Notes under the pieces: model-generated
The model's database searches: none
What the model was told of the DNA's origin: nothing
The model's input: only the letters and a program-made list of their open reading frames with translations
In this document: piece after piece, positions 1 through 8,247 of the stretch
Numbering within the stretch: the stretch's first letter is position 1
How the letters are laid out: every line of letters starts with the position of its first letter
Source: a virus
Taxonomy: Duplodnaviria; Heunggongvirae; Uroviricota; Caudoviricetes
Virus record (IMG/VR): IMGVR_UViG_2534681773_000029
Strand: one strand, 5' to 3'
DNA length: 32,438 bases
Made by a program: the position numbers and the translations under genes

Positions 1-981
1 TTATAACGTCACTCCGCCTTTTAGTGGATTCAGAGCGACGGCATTTTGCAGATAGTCAGGCGCAAGGTGCGCATAGGCCATCGTCTGCTGAATGCTCGCA
101 TGTCCCAGAATCTGTTGCAGTGCGATTATATTGCCCCCATTCATCATGAAATGGCTTGCGAATGTATGCCGCAGGATGTGGGTTGCCTGATTGGGTGGTA
201 TATCAGGTTTCACTCTGCGTAAAATCCCGCAAAATTTCTCATAATCAACTTTGAATAATTTGGCGCTGGCCTCCTCTTTAACTTTTTTCTCCAGTTCCTC
301 AGAAATCGGCACGGTTCGCTTTTTACCGTTTTTGGTTTTCAGGAAGGTAACCCTGCAATTTGTAATCTGTGCTGGTTTTAGCGTGGCAACTTCCGTCCAT
401 CTTCCTCCGGTGCTCAGACATAAAAGCGCGACAAGTAAGTCATCACCAGCCAAAACATTTAACAGTTTTTCGATTTCTGCTTTTTCCAGGAACGTCATTT
501 CAGGGTTGGCCTCCGCCAGTGGCGGCAGTCCGTGAATTGGGTGTTGCCCGGAAAATTCATCCAATTGAATTAATTTTGTGAACATGCCGGATAATCGGTA
601 CATGTCACGGTTTATCGTTGCGGCACTGATACCATCACGTAGTCGCATGGAACGATAATCCATCAAAGCCCTTTTGCTCATCCTGCTCACTGGTATATCA
701 CCTATGCCGCTGATGGTTTTGAGTAGATGATTAAACTCTTTTGTTCCATGCTCGTGGTTTTGCCCGTGATATTTCCACCAGATGTCCAGCAACTCACTCA
801 AAGTCCGGCGGTCTGCTCGCTGGCCTCCCCATTCTTTCTGACTGGCATTGGCGATTGTGTATCGCTCAAATGCTAGTGCTTCAGCTTTTCTTTCGAATTT
901 CCTGCGGATGCGTTTTCCGTCGCGACCGCGAGGTCTAATGTCCACTTCATAGCGACCATCATCGAGCTTCTTAATTGCCAT
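1..981 (-). CDS. int: Tyrosine integrase, P2 Int family
   Basis: ORF 1..1011 on minus strand; C-terminal catalytic signature (THILRHTFASHF with HxxR, and MAYAHL tyrosine). Preferred start is the ATG at 981 (MAIKKLDDGRYE) preceded by GGAGGG; the ATG at 1011 has no SD. Stop codon is at window positions 1-3. Confidence 0.9.
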   Translation of the reverse strand: MAIKKLDDGRYEVDIRPRGRDGKRIRRKFERKAEALAFERYTIANASQKEWGGQRADRRTLSELLDIWWKYHGQNHEHGTKEFNHLLKTISGIGDIPVSRMSKRALMDYRSMRLRDGISAATINRDMYRLSGMFTKLIQLDEFSGQHPIHGLPPLAEANPEMTFLEKAEIEKLLNVLAGDDLLVALLCLSTGGRWTEVATLKPAQITNCRVTFLKTKNGKKRTVPISEELEKKVKEEASAKLFKVDYEKFCGILRRVKPDIPPNQATHILRHTFASHFMMNGGNIIALQQILGHASIQQTMAYAHLAPDYLQNAVALNPLKGGVTL

Positions 982-1050
982 AAGAAAGCCCTCCGGCGCT
1001 GTATTCACCATCTTGGTAGCAAATGGTGAAAATGTAATCTTTATATAGAG

Positions 1051-1344
1051 TTAGCCAATCCTTTTCGCGGAGTGGTTGGACTCTGTTGACTCTGGCCCAA
1101 TGTGCGCGAGAGCCGGTGCGATTTGTCCTGCGTCCGGCGCGGTTTTATCTGTCATAAGCCATAGAGCATATTTTTGGAATGTGGGATGCATAGTGATTTT
1201 TAGCAAAGCTGTGCCACCGGGTTCAAAGTTTCCTCCTTCATATTTTTTAAGTGTGCTTAGCGGTAACTCTATGATTTCACAGAATTTTGATTGGCTTAGC
1301 CCTTCAGCCTCACGCAAGGCCTTAATCTTTTCGCTTAATTTCAT
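1051..1344 (-). CDS. C: Immunity repressor, P2 C family
   Basis: 97-aa ORF divergent from cox, directly after int; C-terminal GQIAPALAH motif matches my recollection of P2 C; position is syntenic. Confidence 0.8.
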   Translation of the reverse strand: MKLSEKIKALREAEGLSQSKFCEIIELPLSTLKKYEGGNFEPGGTALLKITMHPTFQKYALWLMTDKTAPDAGQIAPALAHIGPESTESNHSAKRIG

Positions 1345-1465
1345 TTGAAATGGTGCCTATATAGGGACTAAATTCCCTCAAAACTGGAACCTATATAGGT
1401 TCCATTGATTTGAGAATAAACCAGCATCTAAACGGTTTTGAGTGGTTTAGAAAGGGCTGGATCCT
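1345..1465. promoter_or_regulatory. C/cox intergenic switch region with two CCTATATAGG palindromes (1356-1365, 1390-1399; the second is an 18-bp perfect palindrome GGAACCTATATAGGTTCC at 1386-1403)
   Basis: Repeats read directly; they lie between divergent repressor and cox genes, where P2-type operators and Pe/Pc promoters sit. Exact -35/-10 assignment not resolved. Confidence 0.4.
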
Positions 1466-1480
1466 ATGAGGGTACCATAT

Positions 1481-1753
1481 ATGGACGCTGAAAATTATGT
1501 GATTCAGTATCCGCTTGATGCGGTTCATGTGGATAAATTTGCTGATTTATTAGGGAAGCCAAAGACAGCCGTCAGTGAAATGGTGAAGGCAAATAAATTA
1601 CCAATTATTGAATTGCGTGATCCTTGCAAACCGAAGGCTCGTGCCGGTGAAAAATGGGTTTTCATTCCTGAGTTTAATCGCGCTGTACGTGAGGCGTTTT
1701 ATAACCGACCGGTTGAACAGCGTGATGCATGGCTTTTGTGGATGGGGTTGTGA
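1481..1753 (+). CDS. cox: Cox-like excisionase / early-promoter repressor
   Basis: ORF 1466..1753; ATG at 1481 has a GAGGG SD at good spacing and gives a 90-aa product. Resembles the P2 Cox pattern (KLPII..., RAGEKWVFIPEFN, WLLWMGL). Start could be 1466. Confidence 0.75.
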   Translation: MDAENYVIQYPLDAVHVDKFADLLGKPKTAVSEMVKANKLPIIELRDPCKPKARAGEKWVFIPEFNRAVREAFYNRPVEQRDAWLLWMGL

Positions 1754-1755
1754 TT

Positions 1756-1926
1756 ATGAATGAGCCGCGTTGTATTGCTCAGTTATTGCGTAACGAAAGC
1801 CCCAGGGCGATTGACTTCACCATCACCCACGGTAAGGGGCGTAAGGGAATCATTATCCGCACCAAAAAACAGAGTCCGTTAAAAAAGGCTCTGACCTTTC
1901 TGAAAAGCCGGAGGGTATGGAAATGA
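1756..1926 (+). CDS. Hypothetical early-operon protein (small, basic)
   Basis: ORF 1729..1926; ATG at 1756 follows GGGG; lies between cox and B as in P2 early operon. Confidence 0.45.
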   Translation: MNEPRCIAQLLRNESPRAIDFTITHGKGRKGIIIRTKKQSPLKKALTFLKSRRVWK

Positions 1927-2423
1927 CAGTGATGACGCTCAATCTCGTTGAAAAACAGCCAGCAGCTATGCGCCGGATAATTGGCAAGCATCTTGCCGTC
2001 CCTCGCTGGCTGGATACATGTGATTATTATAATCAGATGATGGAGCGCGAACGGCTAACGGTTTGCTTTCATGCACAGTTAAAACAGCGTCACGCAACGA
2101 TGCGTTTTGAAGAAATGAACGACGTCGAACGTGAACGACTGGTTTGTGCAATTGATGAATTGCGTGGCGCATTCTCAAAACGCCGTCAGGTCGGCGCAAG
2201 TGAGTATGCATATATTAGTTTTTTAACAGTCAGTCAGCGTCGTACTTTATTTATGCATGCGGGATTGACAGAAAAAGAATTCAATCAGCCATACTGGCGA
2301 ATTAATGAAGAATCATGTTACTGGCGTGATGCTTTATTCCGTGCATTACGTGAATTATTCAGTCTGTTTGAGTATGCACCGACAATTCTGACGTCGGTAA
2401 AACCAGAGCAATATCTGCATTAA
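1917..2423 (+). CDS. B: P2 gpB-like replication accessory protein (putative)
   Basis: 168-aa ORF with GGAGGG SD; position and size match P2 gene B (about 166 aa). Assignment by synteny only. Confidence 0.55.
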   Translation: MEMTVMTLNLVEKQPAAMRRIIGKHLAVPRWLDTCDYYNQMMERERLTVCFHAQLKQRHATMRFEEMNDVERERLVCAIDELRGAFSKRRQVGASEYAYISFLTVSQRRTLFMHAGLTEKEFNQPYWRINEESCYWRDALFRALRELFSLFEYAPTILTSVKPEQYLH

Positions 2424-2486
2424 ATAATTAACCAGAGTTTTTAACGCACTTAATCGTGCGGGGCTTCTTTTTGCCTGGAGAAAGTC

Positions 2487-2711
2487 ATGCATACAGTTTC
2501 TGAAAATCAGTGCGGTAAATACGCATTACTGCTGCAACAGGCCAGAACCGAAGCACAGGCCGACGCTGCGACGCGCTTTTCTTCTCATCTTGACGCCATG
2601 ATTCGCCACATCACAAAGGCGGAGTTATCCCGCGTGGAGATAGTTGAGCTGCTCAGTCAGGAGTCGGAAAAATTTCACAATATCGGATTGTCTCGCGGGG
2701 AGGTGCTTTGA
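2487..2711 (+). CDS. Hypothetical early-operon protein
   Basis: 74-aa ORF with GGAGAAAG SD; stop overlaps next start (ATGA). Confidence 0.5.
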   Translation: MHTVSENQCGKYALLLQQARTEAQADAATRFSSHLDAMIRHITKAELSRVEIVELLSQESEKFHNIGLSRGEVL

Positions 2712-3013
2712 TGTCCTGTTCTCGTTCGGTTGTATTACTGAATAACGCCTTAAAAATCGCCGTTATGAAAAATGGTGATTTGTCTCTTATTCAACTTGGT
2801 ATTGATAAAGAGAAGCGCGAAATAACTGAATCTGTTATCGCGATTTATCAGAGTGAATTAAACCTCCTGTCTGATGTGGTCAATTTACTTGTTAAACGCG
2901 CTGTATTCCACAAGCAAATTTCCTCAGTGGATGAACTGACAAAATTAACGACAGAACTCGCCAGTTATTGCGCTGATGAATTTAAGAAGCTGAACGACAA
3001 AAGGAGCTGGTAA
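2708..3013 (+). CDS. Hypothetical early-operon protein
   Basis: 101-aa ORF with GGGGAGG SD, translationally coupled to neighbours. Confidence 0.5.
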   Translation: MMSCSRSVVLLNNALKIAVMKNGDLSLIQLGIDKEKREITESVIAIYQSELNLLSDVVNLLVKRAVFHKQISSVDELTKLTTELASYCADEFKKLNDKRSW

Positions 3014-3237
3014 TGCCGGACAACGTGGATTTTATTCAGGAACAACAGGCTGAATTACTGGAGCGCCAGATTAACGCGGCAAGGGTAAAACATTGCGGTG
3101 TTTCTGCGCTGGTTTGCGAAGAGTGTGACGCGCCAATACCTGCTGCCCGTCGTGCGGCTTATCCGTCAGCCACGCGTTGTGTTTCCTGTCAGTCAGTCTT
3201 TGAAGCAAAAAACAAACATTACCGGAGAACGGCATGA
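3013..3237 (+). CDS. TraR/DksA-family C4 zinc-finger protein
   Basis: 74-aa ORF with two CxxC pairs (CEEC ... CVSC); AAAGGAG SD; P2-type early operons carry such a gene. Confidence 0.6.
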   Translation: MPDNVDFIQEQQAELLERQINAARVKHCGVSALVCEECDAPIPAARRAAYPSATRCVSCQSVFEAKNKHYRRTA

Positions 3238-3509
3238 GTATTCGTATTGAAATTGGCGAACGTTATGTCGTTACCAGTGACAGCTTTCAGTTTATTCTCC
3301 ACGAGAAAAAGAGAGCGGAAAGCGGTAAAAACGCCGGTCAGGAATGGCTGGCGGTGGTTGGTTATTACCCGAAATTAGGCCAGCTCGTTTCCGGCCTGAT
3401 GCATCACGATATTCTGACCGGAAGCGCAAAATCTTTTGCTGATTTAAACACGCAGGTTGAGCAACTCAGCAAGCGTTGTTCAGAGGCTTTTGGCTCATAT
3501 GGCCGTTAA
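3234..3509 (+). CDS. Hypothetical early-operon protein
   Basis: 91-aa ORF with GGAGAA SD; stop overlaps start region of A. Confidence 0.5.
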   Translation: MSIRIEIGERYVVTSDSFQFILHEKKRAESGKNAGQEWLAVVGYYPKLGQLVSGLMHHDILTGSAKSFADLNTQVEQLSKRCSEAFGSYGR

Positions 3510-5775
3510 AGCCTCCGGGCGTTTTGTCCCTCCGTCAGCATTTACCGCAGGCACCGGTAAGGCGTTTACCGGTGCTTATGCATGGAACGCGCCACGCGAG
3601 GCTGTCGGGCGCGAAAGACCTCTTACACGTGACGAGATGCGTCAGGTGCAAGGTGTTTTATCCACGATTAACCGCCTGCCTTACTTTTTGCGCTCGCTGT
3701 TTACTTCACGCTATGACTACATCCGGCGCAATAAAAGCCCGGTGCACGGGTTTTATTTCCTCACATCTACTTTTCAGCGTCGTTTATGGCCGCGCATTGA
3801 GCGTGTGAATCAGCGCCATGAAATGAACACCGACGCGTCGTTGCTGTTTCTGGCAGAGCGTGACCACTATGCGCGCCTGCCGGGAATGAATGACAAGGAG
3901 CTGAAAAAGTTTGCCGCCCGTATCTCATCGCAGCTTTTCATGATGTATGAGGAACTCTGCGATGCATGGGTTGATGCGCATGGTGAAAAAGAATCGCTGT
4001 TTACGGATGAGGCGCAGGCTCACCTCTATGGTCATGTTGCTGGCGCTGCACGTGCTTTCAATATTTCCCCGCTCTACTGGAAAAAATACCGTAAAGGACA
4101 GATGACCACGAGGCAGGCATATTCTGCCATTGCCCGCCTGTTTAACGATGAGTGGTGGACTCATCAGCTTAAAGGCCAGCGTATGCGCTGGCATGAGGCG
4201 TTACTGATAGCTGTCGGGGAGGTCAATAAAGACCGTTCTCCTTATGCCAGTAAACACGCCATTCGTGATGTGCGTGCGCGCCGCCAGGCAAATCTGGAAT
4301 TTCTTAAATCGTGTGACCTTGAAAACAGGGAAACCGGCGAGCGCATCGACCTTATCAGTAAGGTGATGGGCAGTATTTCTAATCCTGAAATTCGCCGGAT
4401 GGAGCTGATGAACACCATTGCCGGTATTGAGCGTTACGCCGCCGCAGAGGGTGATGTGGGGATGTTTATCACGCTGACCGCGCCGTCAAAGTATCACCCG
4501 ACACGTCAGGTCGGAAAAGGCGAAAGTAAAACCGTTCAGCTTAATCACGGCTGGAACGATGAGGCATTTAATCCAAAGGATGCGCAGCGTTATCTCTGCC
4601 GTATCTGGAGCCTGATGCGCACGGCATTCAAGGATAATGATTTACAGGTCTACGGTTTGCGAGTCGTCGAGCCACACCACGACGGAACGCCGCACTGGCA
4701 TATGATGCTTTTTTGTCATCCACGCCAGCGTAACCAGATTATCGAAATCATGCGTCGCTATGCGCTCAAAGAGGATGGCGACGAAAGAGGAGCCGCGCGA
4801 AACCGTTTTCAGGCAAAACACCTTAACCGGGGCGGTGCTGCGGGATATATCGCGAAATACATTTCAAAAAACATCGACGGCTATGCACTGGATGGTCAGC
4901 TCGATAACGACACCGGCAGGCCGCTGAAAGACACTGCAGCGGCTGTTACCGCATGGGCGTCAACGTGGCGCATTCCGCAATTTAAAACGGTTGGCCTGCC
5001 GACAATGGGGGCTTACCGTGAACTACGCAAATTGCCTCGCGGCGTCAGCATTGCTGATGAGTTTGACGAGCGCGTCGAGGCTGCACGCGCCGCCGCAGAC
5101 AGTGGTGATTTTGCGCTGTATATCAGCGCGCAGGGCGGGGCAAATGTCCCGCGCGATTGTCAGACTGTCAGGGTCGCCCGTAGTCTGTCGGATGACGTTA
5201 ACGAGTACGAGGAAGAAGTCGAGAGAGTGGTCGGCATTTACGCGCCGCATCTCGGCGCGCGTCATATTCATATCACCAGAACGACGGACTGGCGCATTGT
5301 GCCGAAAGTTCCGGTCGTTGAGCCTTTGACTTTAAAAAGCGGCATCGCCGCGCCTCGGAGTCCTGTCAATAACTGTGGAAAGCTCACCGGTGGTGATACT
5401 TCGTTACCGGCTCCCACACCTTCTGAGCACGCCGCAGCAGTGCTTAATCTGGTTGATGACGATGTTATCGAATGGAATGACCCGGAGGTCGTGAGGGCGC
5501 TCAGGGGCGCATTAAAACACGACCGGAGAACGCCAAACCGTCAGCAAAGAAACGGAAGCCCGTTAAAACCGCATGAAATTGCACCATCGGCCAGACTGAC
5601 CCGGTCGGAACGATTGCAAATTACCCGTATCCGCGTTGATCTCGCTCAGAACGGTATCAGGCCGCAACGATGGGAGCTTGAGGCGCTGGCGCGTGGCGCG
5701 ACCGTAAATTATGACGGGAAACCTTTCACTTATCAGGTCGCTGATGATTGGCCGGGATTTTTGTTACCCATTTGA
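3499..5775 (+). CDS. A: Replication initiation endonuclease gpA (HUH rolling-circle initiator)
   Basis: 758-aa ORF from ATG 3499 (MAVKASGRFVPP); HUH motif PHWHMMLF and catalytic-Tyr motif YIAKYISKN visible; matches P2 A. The track start at 3457 overlaps the upstream gene. Confidence 0.9.
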   Translation: MAVKASGRFVPPSAFTAGTGKAFTGAYAWNAPREAVGRERPLTRDEMRQVQGVLSTINRLPYFLRSLFTSRYDYIRRNKSPVHGFYFLTSTFQRRLWPRIERVNQRHEMNTDASLLFLAERDHYARLPGMNDKELKKFAARISSQLFMMYEELCDAWVDAHGEKESLFTDEAQAHLYGHVAGAARAFNISPLYWKKYRKGQMTTRQAYSAIARLFNDEWWTHQLKGQRMRWHEALLIAVGEVNKDRSPYASKHAIRDVRARRQANLEFLKSCDLENRETGERIDLISKVMGSISNPEIRRMELMNTIAGIERYAAAEGDVGMFITLTAPSKYHPTRQVGKGESKTVQLNHGWNDEAFNPKDAQRYLCRIWSLMRTAFKDNDLQVYGLRVVEPHHDGTPHWHMMLFCHPRQRNQIIEIMRRYALKEDGDERGAARNRFQAKHLNRGGAAGYIAKYISKNIDGYALDGQLDNDTGRPLKDTAAAVTAWASTWRIPQFKTVGLPTMGAYRELRKLPRGVSIADEFDERVEAARAAADSGDFALYISAQGGANVPRDCQTVRVARSLSDDVNEYEEEVERVVGIYAPHLGARHIHITRTTDWRIVPKVPVVEPLTLKSGIAAPRSPVNNCGKLTGGDTSLPAPTPSEHAAAVLNLVDDDVIEWNDPEVVRALRGALKHDRRTPNRQQRNGSPLKPHEIAPSARLTRSERLQITRIRVDLAQNGIRPQRWELEALARGATVNYDGKPFTYQVADDWPGFLLPI

Positions 5776-5992
5776 GTAAAAATACAGCGTGATTTTATAT
5801 GTCTTTGAATGGATTATGCGAAGCACCTCTAAGGTAGATGAGGAGCAATAGCGTGTTGAATCAGAAGGCTAAATTGTATTGAATCGTTAGCATGTAATTG
5901 AAGGCAGCTATTTGATTCGAGTCATAAAAGAGCATCTATTTCGGTTAATAAAACCATTGCGAGTGACTTTATGTCGAAGCATAATTCATCTC

Positions 5993-6006
5993 GAGCGAAG
6001 TCTTGC
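5993..6006. repeat. 14-bp direct repeat GAGCGAAGTCTTGC, copy 1
   Basis: Exact match to 6257-6270; copy 1 sits just after a TTGCGA-N17-CATAAT promoter-like element (5957-5985). Confidence 0.7.
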
Positions 6007-6034
6007 TAGTCTTTCATCGGATTGATGACGGGCG

Positions 6035-6066
6035 CAAAAAAACCACCCTGGCAGGTGGTTTTTTTG
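6035..6066. terminator. Bidirectional intrinsic terminator (A-run, ACCACC-loop-GGTGGT hairpin, T7 run)
   Basis: aaaaaaaccaccctggcaggtggttttttt read directly; works on both strands. Confidence 0.6.
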
Positions 6067-6077
6067 TTTGAAGCATA

Positions 6078-6191
6078 CTAAAGAAAAATACTTACATGGA
6101 TATTACTGACGTTTACTGACAAACCACTCGGACTACCATATGGATAGCCAAAGAGGGCCAGAACGAGAATGCAGTAATAGCACTTCTTCAT
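6078..6191 (-). CDS. Candidate 37-aa hydrophobic peptide (MKKCYYCILVLALFGYPYGSPSGLSVNVSNIHVSIFL); possible type I toxin-like or small membrane protein
   Basis: ATG at 6191 preceded by AGGAGG; ends 12 nt before the terminator at 6035-6066; below the ORF-track length cutoff so hand-translated. Not a recognised family. Confidence 0.35.
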   Translation of the reverse strand: MKKCYYCILVLALFGYPYGSPSGLSVNVSNIHVSIFL

Positions 6192-6256
6192 ATCGCCTCC
6201 TGTAAGCAGAGGGCAATTTCCGCCGATATATGCGCTTCTAAGGCGGAGTGACTATT

Positions 6257-6270
6257 GAGCGAAGTCTTGC
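6257..6270. repeat. 14-bp direct repeat GAGCGAAGTCTTGC, copy 2 (in predicted 5' UTR of the small-peptide mRNA)
   Basis: Exact copy of 5993-6006; lies about 66 nt upstream of the peptide start on the minus strand. Confidence 0.7.
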
Positions 6271-6847
6271 CCTGAAATAATGCTCTGTTTAAACGCAAAG
6301 TGATCTGGCATATCACCGAACAGAGGACCTGAACAACACAACATATAGTATGTCGTTGTTTCTGGTTGCATTTTATGTTGTGTAATACTGGTTTTGCATC
6401 AAGGATGTTTGAGCTTTTTTTGATATAGCTCAAAGTAAAAAGCAGAGACTACGGATGATAAGGTCTTGAAAGCAATGTAAATTTTTTAAAGTTGTGAGTG
6501 GCTAGAAATGCACAGTTTCAATATGGCGGATTTAAACAAGTAATTAAAAATAGCGACATAAATTCCAATAAAATCATTAGGTTGCGTTTTCTGTGGAAAC
6601 TTCGGTGACTCTGAAATTTTCTTTTAGTGTCGCTGAGGTTTAACAACTCGCTGCGCAAGTAGTTAGTGTTTTTTTAACTCAATATTCTGATTTATAAGGT
6701 TTTTTATAAATCGTGGGCTGGTTGCGCGTATTCATCTCGTGTTATCAGCAAAGATAAGCTCTATATGCAGAACTGAATGCATATATGATGTCGAAAATGT
6801 TATGGGAAAACGTGGATTAGTGTTATAGTAATGGCTGAAAAACAGCC

Positions 6848-6876
6848 TTGACATAAAATAACAACTGTGATATGGC
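6848..6876 (+). promoter_or_regulatory. Possible promoter for the peptidase gene (TTGACA -35 at 6848-6853; weak -10 TATGGC after 17-nt spacer)
   Basis: Perfect -35 hexamer but poor -10; low confidence. Confidence 0.25.
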
Positions 6877-6912
6877 TGTGCATACTTAACTTTTTTAACG
6901 TAGGAGGCAACC

Positions 6913-7398
6913 ATGAGCTATGCAGCTAAAAAACTGCTTGACCGCTATTGGGATCGCCGACTACCTGTCGATCCGTTTAAGCTTGCTAAAGCGTGGGGTG
7001 CTCGTGTTGAAGCACTTGAGGAATCGGCTTATAACAACGATGGGTTAAGCGGTCTGGCTGTCATCAAAAAGGGTGTCCATAGGATTTATTTTGATTCTAG
7101 TGAACATTCTAATCGTCAACGTTTTACTGTTGCACACGAGTTAGGTCATCATGTGCTGGGGCATACCCAGGACGGAGAGTACCATCGGGATAATGTCGGG
7201 AATTATTCAACAGGTGCTCGTGATTATCGTGAGGTTGAAGCAAACAAGTTTGCTGCTGAGTTGTTAATGCCTGAGTCTGCTATACGTCAATTGGTATCCA
7301 GAGAAGGTATTGATAGCACTTTGAGATTAGCAAGCATCTTTAATGTATCAGAAGCCGCTATGCATTGGCGCTTAAAGAGCTTAGGAATGGCTTATTAA
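6913..7398 (+). CDS. ImmA/IrrE-family (M78-like) Zn metallopeptidase
   Basis: 161-aa ORF with AGGAGG SD; HEXXH motif (AHELGHHVLGH) and downstream EVEANKFAAELLMPE, the signature of ImmA/IrrE peptidases. No HTH partner gene adjacent. Confidence 0.8.
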   Translation: MSYAAKKLLDRYWDRRLPVDPFKLAKAWGARVEALEESAYNNDGLSGLAVIKKGVHRIYFDSSEHSNRQRFTVAHELGHHVLGHTQDGEYHRDNVGNYSTGARDYREVEANKFAAELLMPESAIRQLVSREGIDSTLRLASIFNVSEAAMHWRLKSLGMAY

Positions 7399-7423
7399 TT
7401 AGCCTTTAACTTTTAACCTGTTT

Positions 7424-7464
7424 AAAATCACCTTTACGTTTGTACATGTAAGGGTGATTTTTTT
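7424..7464 (+). terminator. Intrinsic terminator or attenuator downstream of peptidase gene
   Basis: Hairpin ATCACCTTTA / TAAGGGTGAT followed by T7, ending immediately before the ATG at 7465. Confidence 0.5.
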
Positions 7465-8064
7465 ATGGCTGATATTGATTTATCTGGACAGTCCCCAGAG
7501 CAAGGAACCACTCCTAAGGGCGATTTAGATCCTGATATCCTTATAAGGCGAGATAGACGGGATGGTATAGAGCGTAGAAGTATGCGATTAGTGCTCTCTG
7601 CCGTTGTGCTTTGTTTTGCTTGTACATTTCTATGGCAGGGGCTTAACTTTGCTTTGGCTGTTGGAAATGGCTTGCTGGAAGCGAAAAGCAGTATTGCCGC
7701 AGCGATAACACAAAAAGTAGATACACAAACTTGTGTTTCAGCAGAAAAATGTTCTGCTTTATCTTCGGATCCGAAGATGGCTGATGAGAGGATAACACCA
7801 TCTTCAGACACTAATAAAGTTAGAAAATCTATTTCTGGTTTATCCACCGATTGGTTATCGGCCAGTTCTCTAATAGCTATTGTTGCATTCATCCTTGGTG
7901 TGGGTTTAACTTTGCTTTTGACTCTTCTTAAATCAGCATTTCAACACCCGACAGATAAAGACTTTAGAACAAAGTCGACATCTAATACTATTGAGTTGGC
8001 CACGCCAATCAGTGAATTAATAATTGGTGTTCTGAATATAATTAAAGACAAACTATCTAAGTAA
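7465..8064 (+). CDS. Predicted membrane protein with two hydrophobic helices, unknown function
   Basis: 199-aa ORF; hydrophobic stretches RLVLSAVVLCFACTFLWQGLNFALAV and SSLIAIVAFILGVGLTLLLTLL; improbably long open frame for AT-rich DNA. Start uncertain: no good SD at 7465, internal Met at 7582. A minus-strand ORF 7434..7892 overlaps it. Confidence 0.4.
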   Translation: MADIDLSGQSPEQGTTPKGDLDPDILIRRDRRDGIERRSMRLVLSAVVLCFACTFLWQGLNFALAVGNGLLEAKSSIAAAITQKVDTQTCVSAEKCSALSSDPKMADERITPSSDTNKVRKSISGLSTDWLSASSLIAIVAFILGVGLTLLLTLLKSAFQHPTDKDFRTKSTSNTIELATPISELIIGVLNIIKDKLSK

Positions 8065-8106
8065 AGCATTAGTTGTGATTTTTTATTGGTTTTAGTGATA
8101 ATACAT

Positions 8107-8140
8107 CTCCAGTACTTATTGTTACTGGAGAGTATTTTTA
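8107..8140. terminator. Hairpin (CTCCAGTA / TACTGGAG) with T-rich tail between convergent genes
   Basis: Perfect 8-bp inverted repeat with 8-nt loop, followed by AGTATTTTTA. Confidence 0.4.
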
Positions 8141-8247
8141 GTCGTTTTATATTTTTAATGTTAGTGAATGATATTCACGAGAGTTCACGTTCGATGTGAT
8201 GTAATCGGGGGCGTTAACACCAAGAATCGCAACGAGTAATCGGCAAA

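Larger units (their letters stand above)
5992..6066 (+). ncRNA. Putative small RNA (candidate antisense regulator of the convergent small-peptide mRNA)
   Basis: Promoter-like TTGCGA (5957-5962), 17-nt spacer, CATAAT (5980-5985); predicted transcript begins at the repeat and ends at the intrinsic terminator 6035-6066; no ORF with SD inside. Inference only. Confidence 0.2.

Noticed and set aside
1-1011. Integrase start at 1011 (MVNTAPEGFL...)
   Set aside because: No SD upstream of that ATG, whereas the ATG at 981 has GGAGGG and begins with the P2-like MAIKKLDDGRYE.
6188-6433. 81-aa minus-strand ORF
   Set aside because: No SD, low-complexity composition, and it overlaps the candidate small-peptide start in another frame; likely spurious.
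6732-6914. 60-aa minus-strand ORF antisense to the peptidase promoter and RBS
   Set aside because: No ribosome-binding site and it overlaps the regulatory region of a well-supported gene.
7434-7892. 152-aa minus-strand ORF overlapping the predicted membrane-protein gene
   Set aside because: It is wholly antisense to the longer plus-strand ORF and its stop lies inside the hairpin that terminates the peptidase transcript. It is treated as an antisense shadow, though it is not excluded; ribosome profiling or homolog comparison would settle it.
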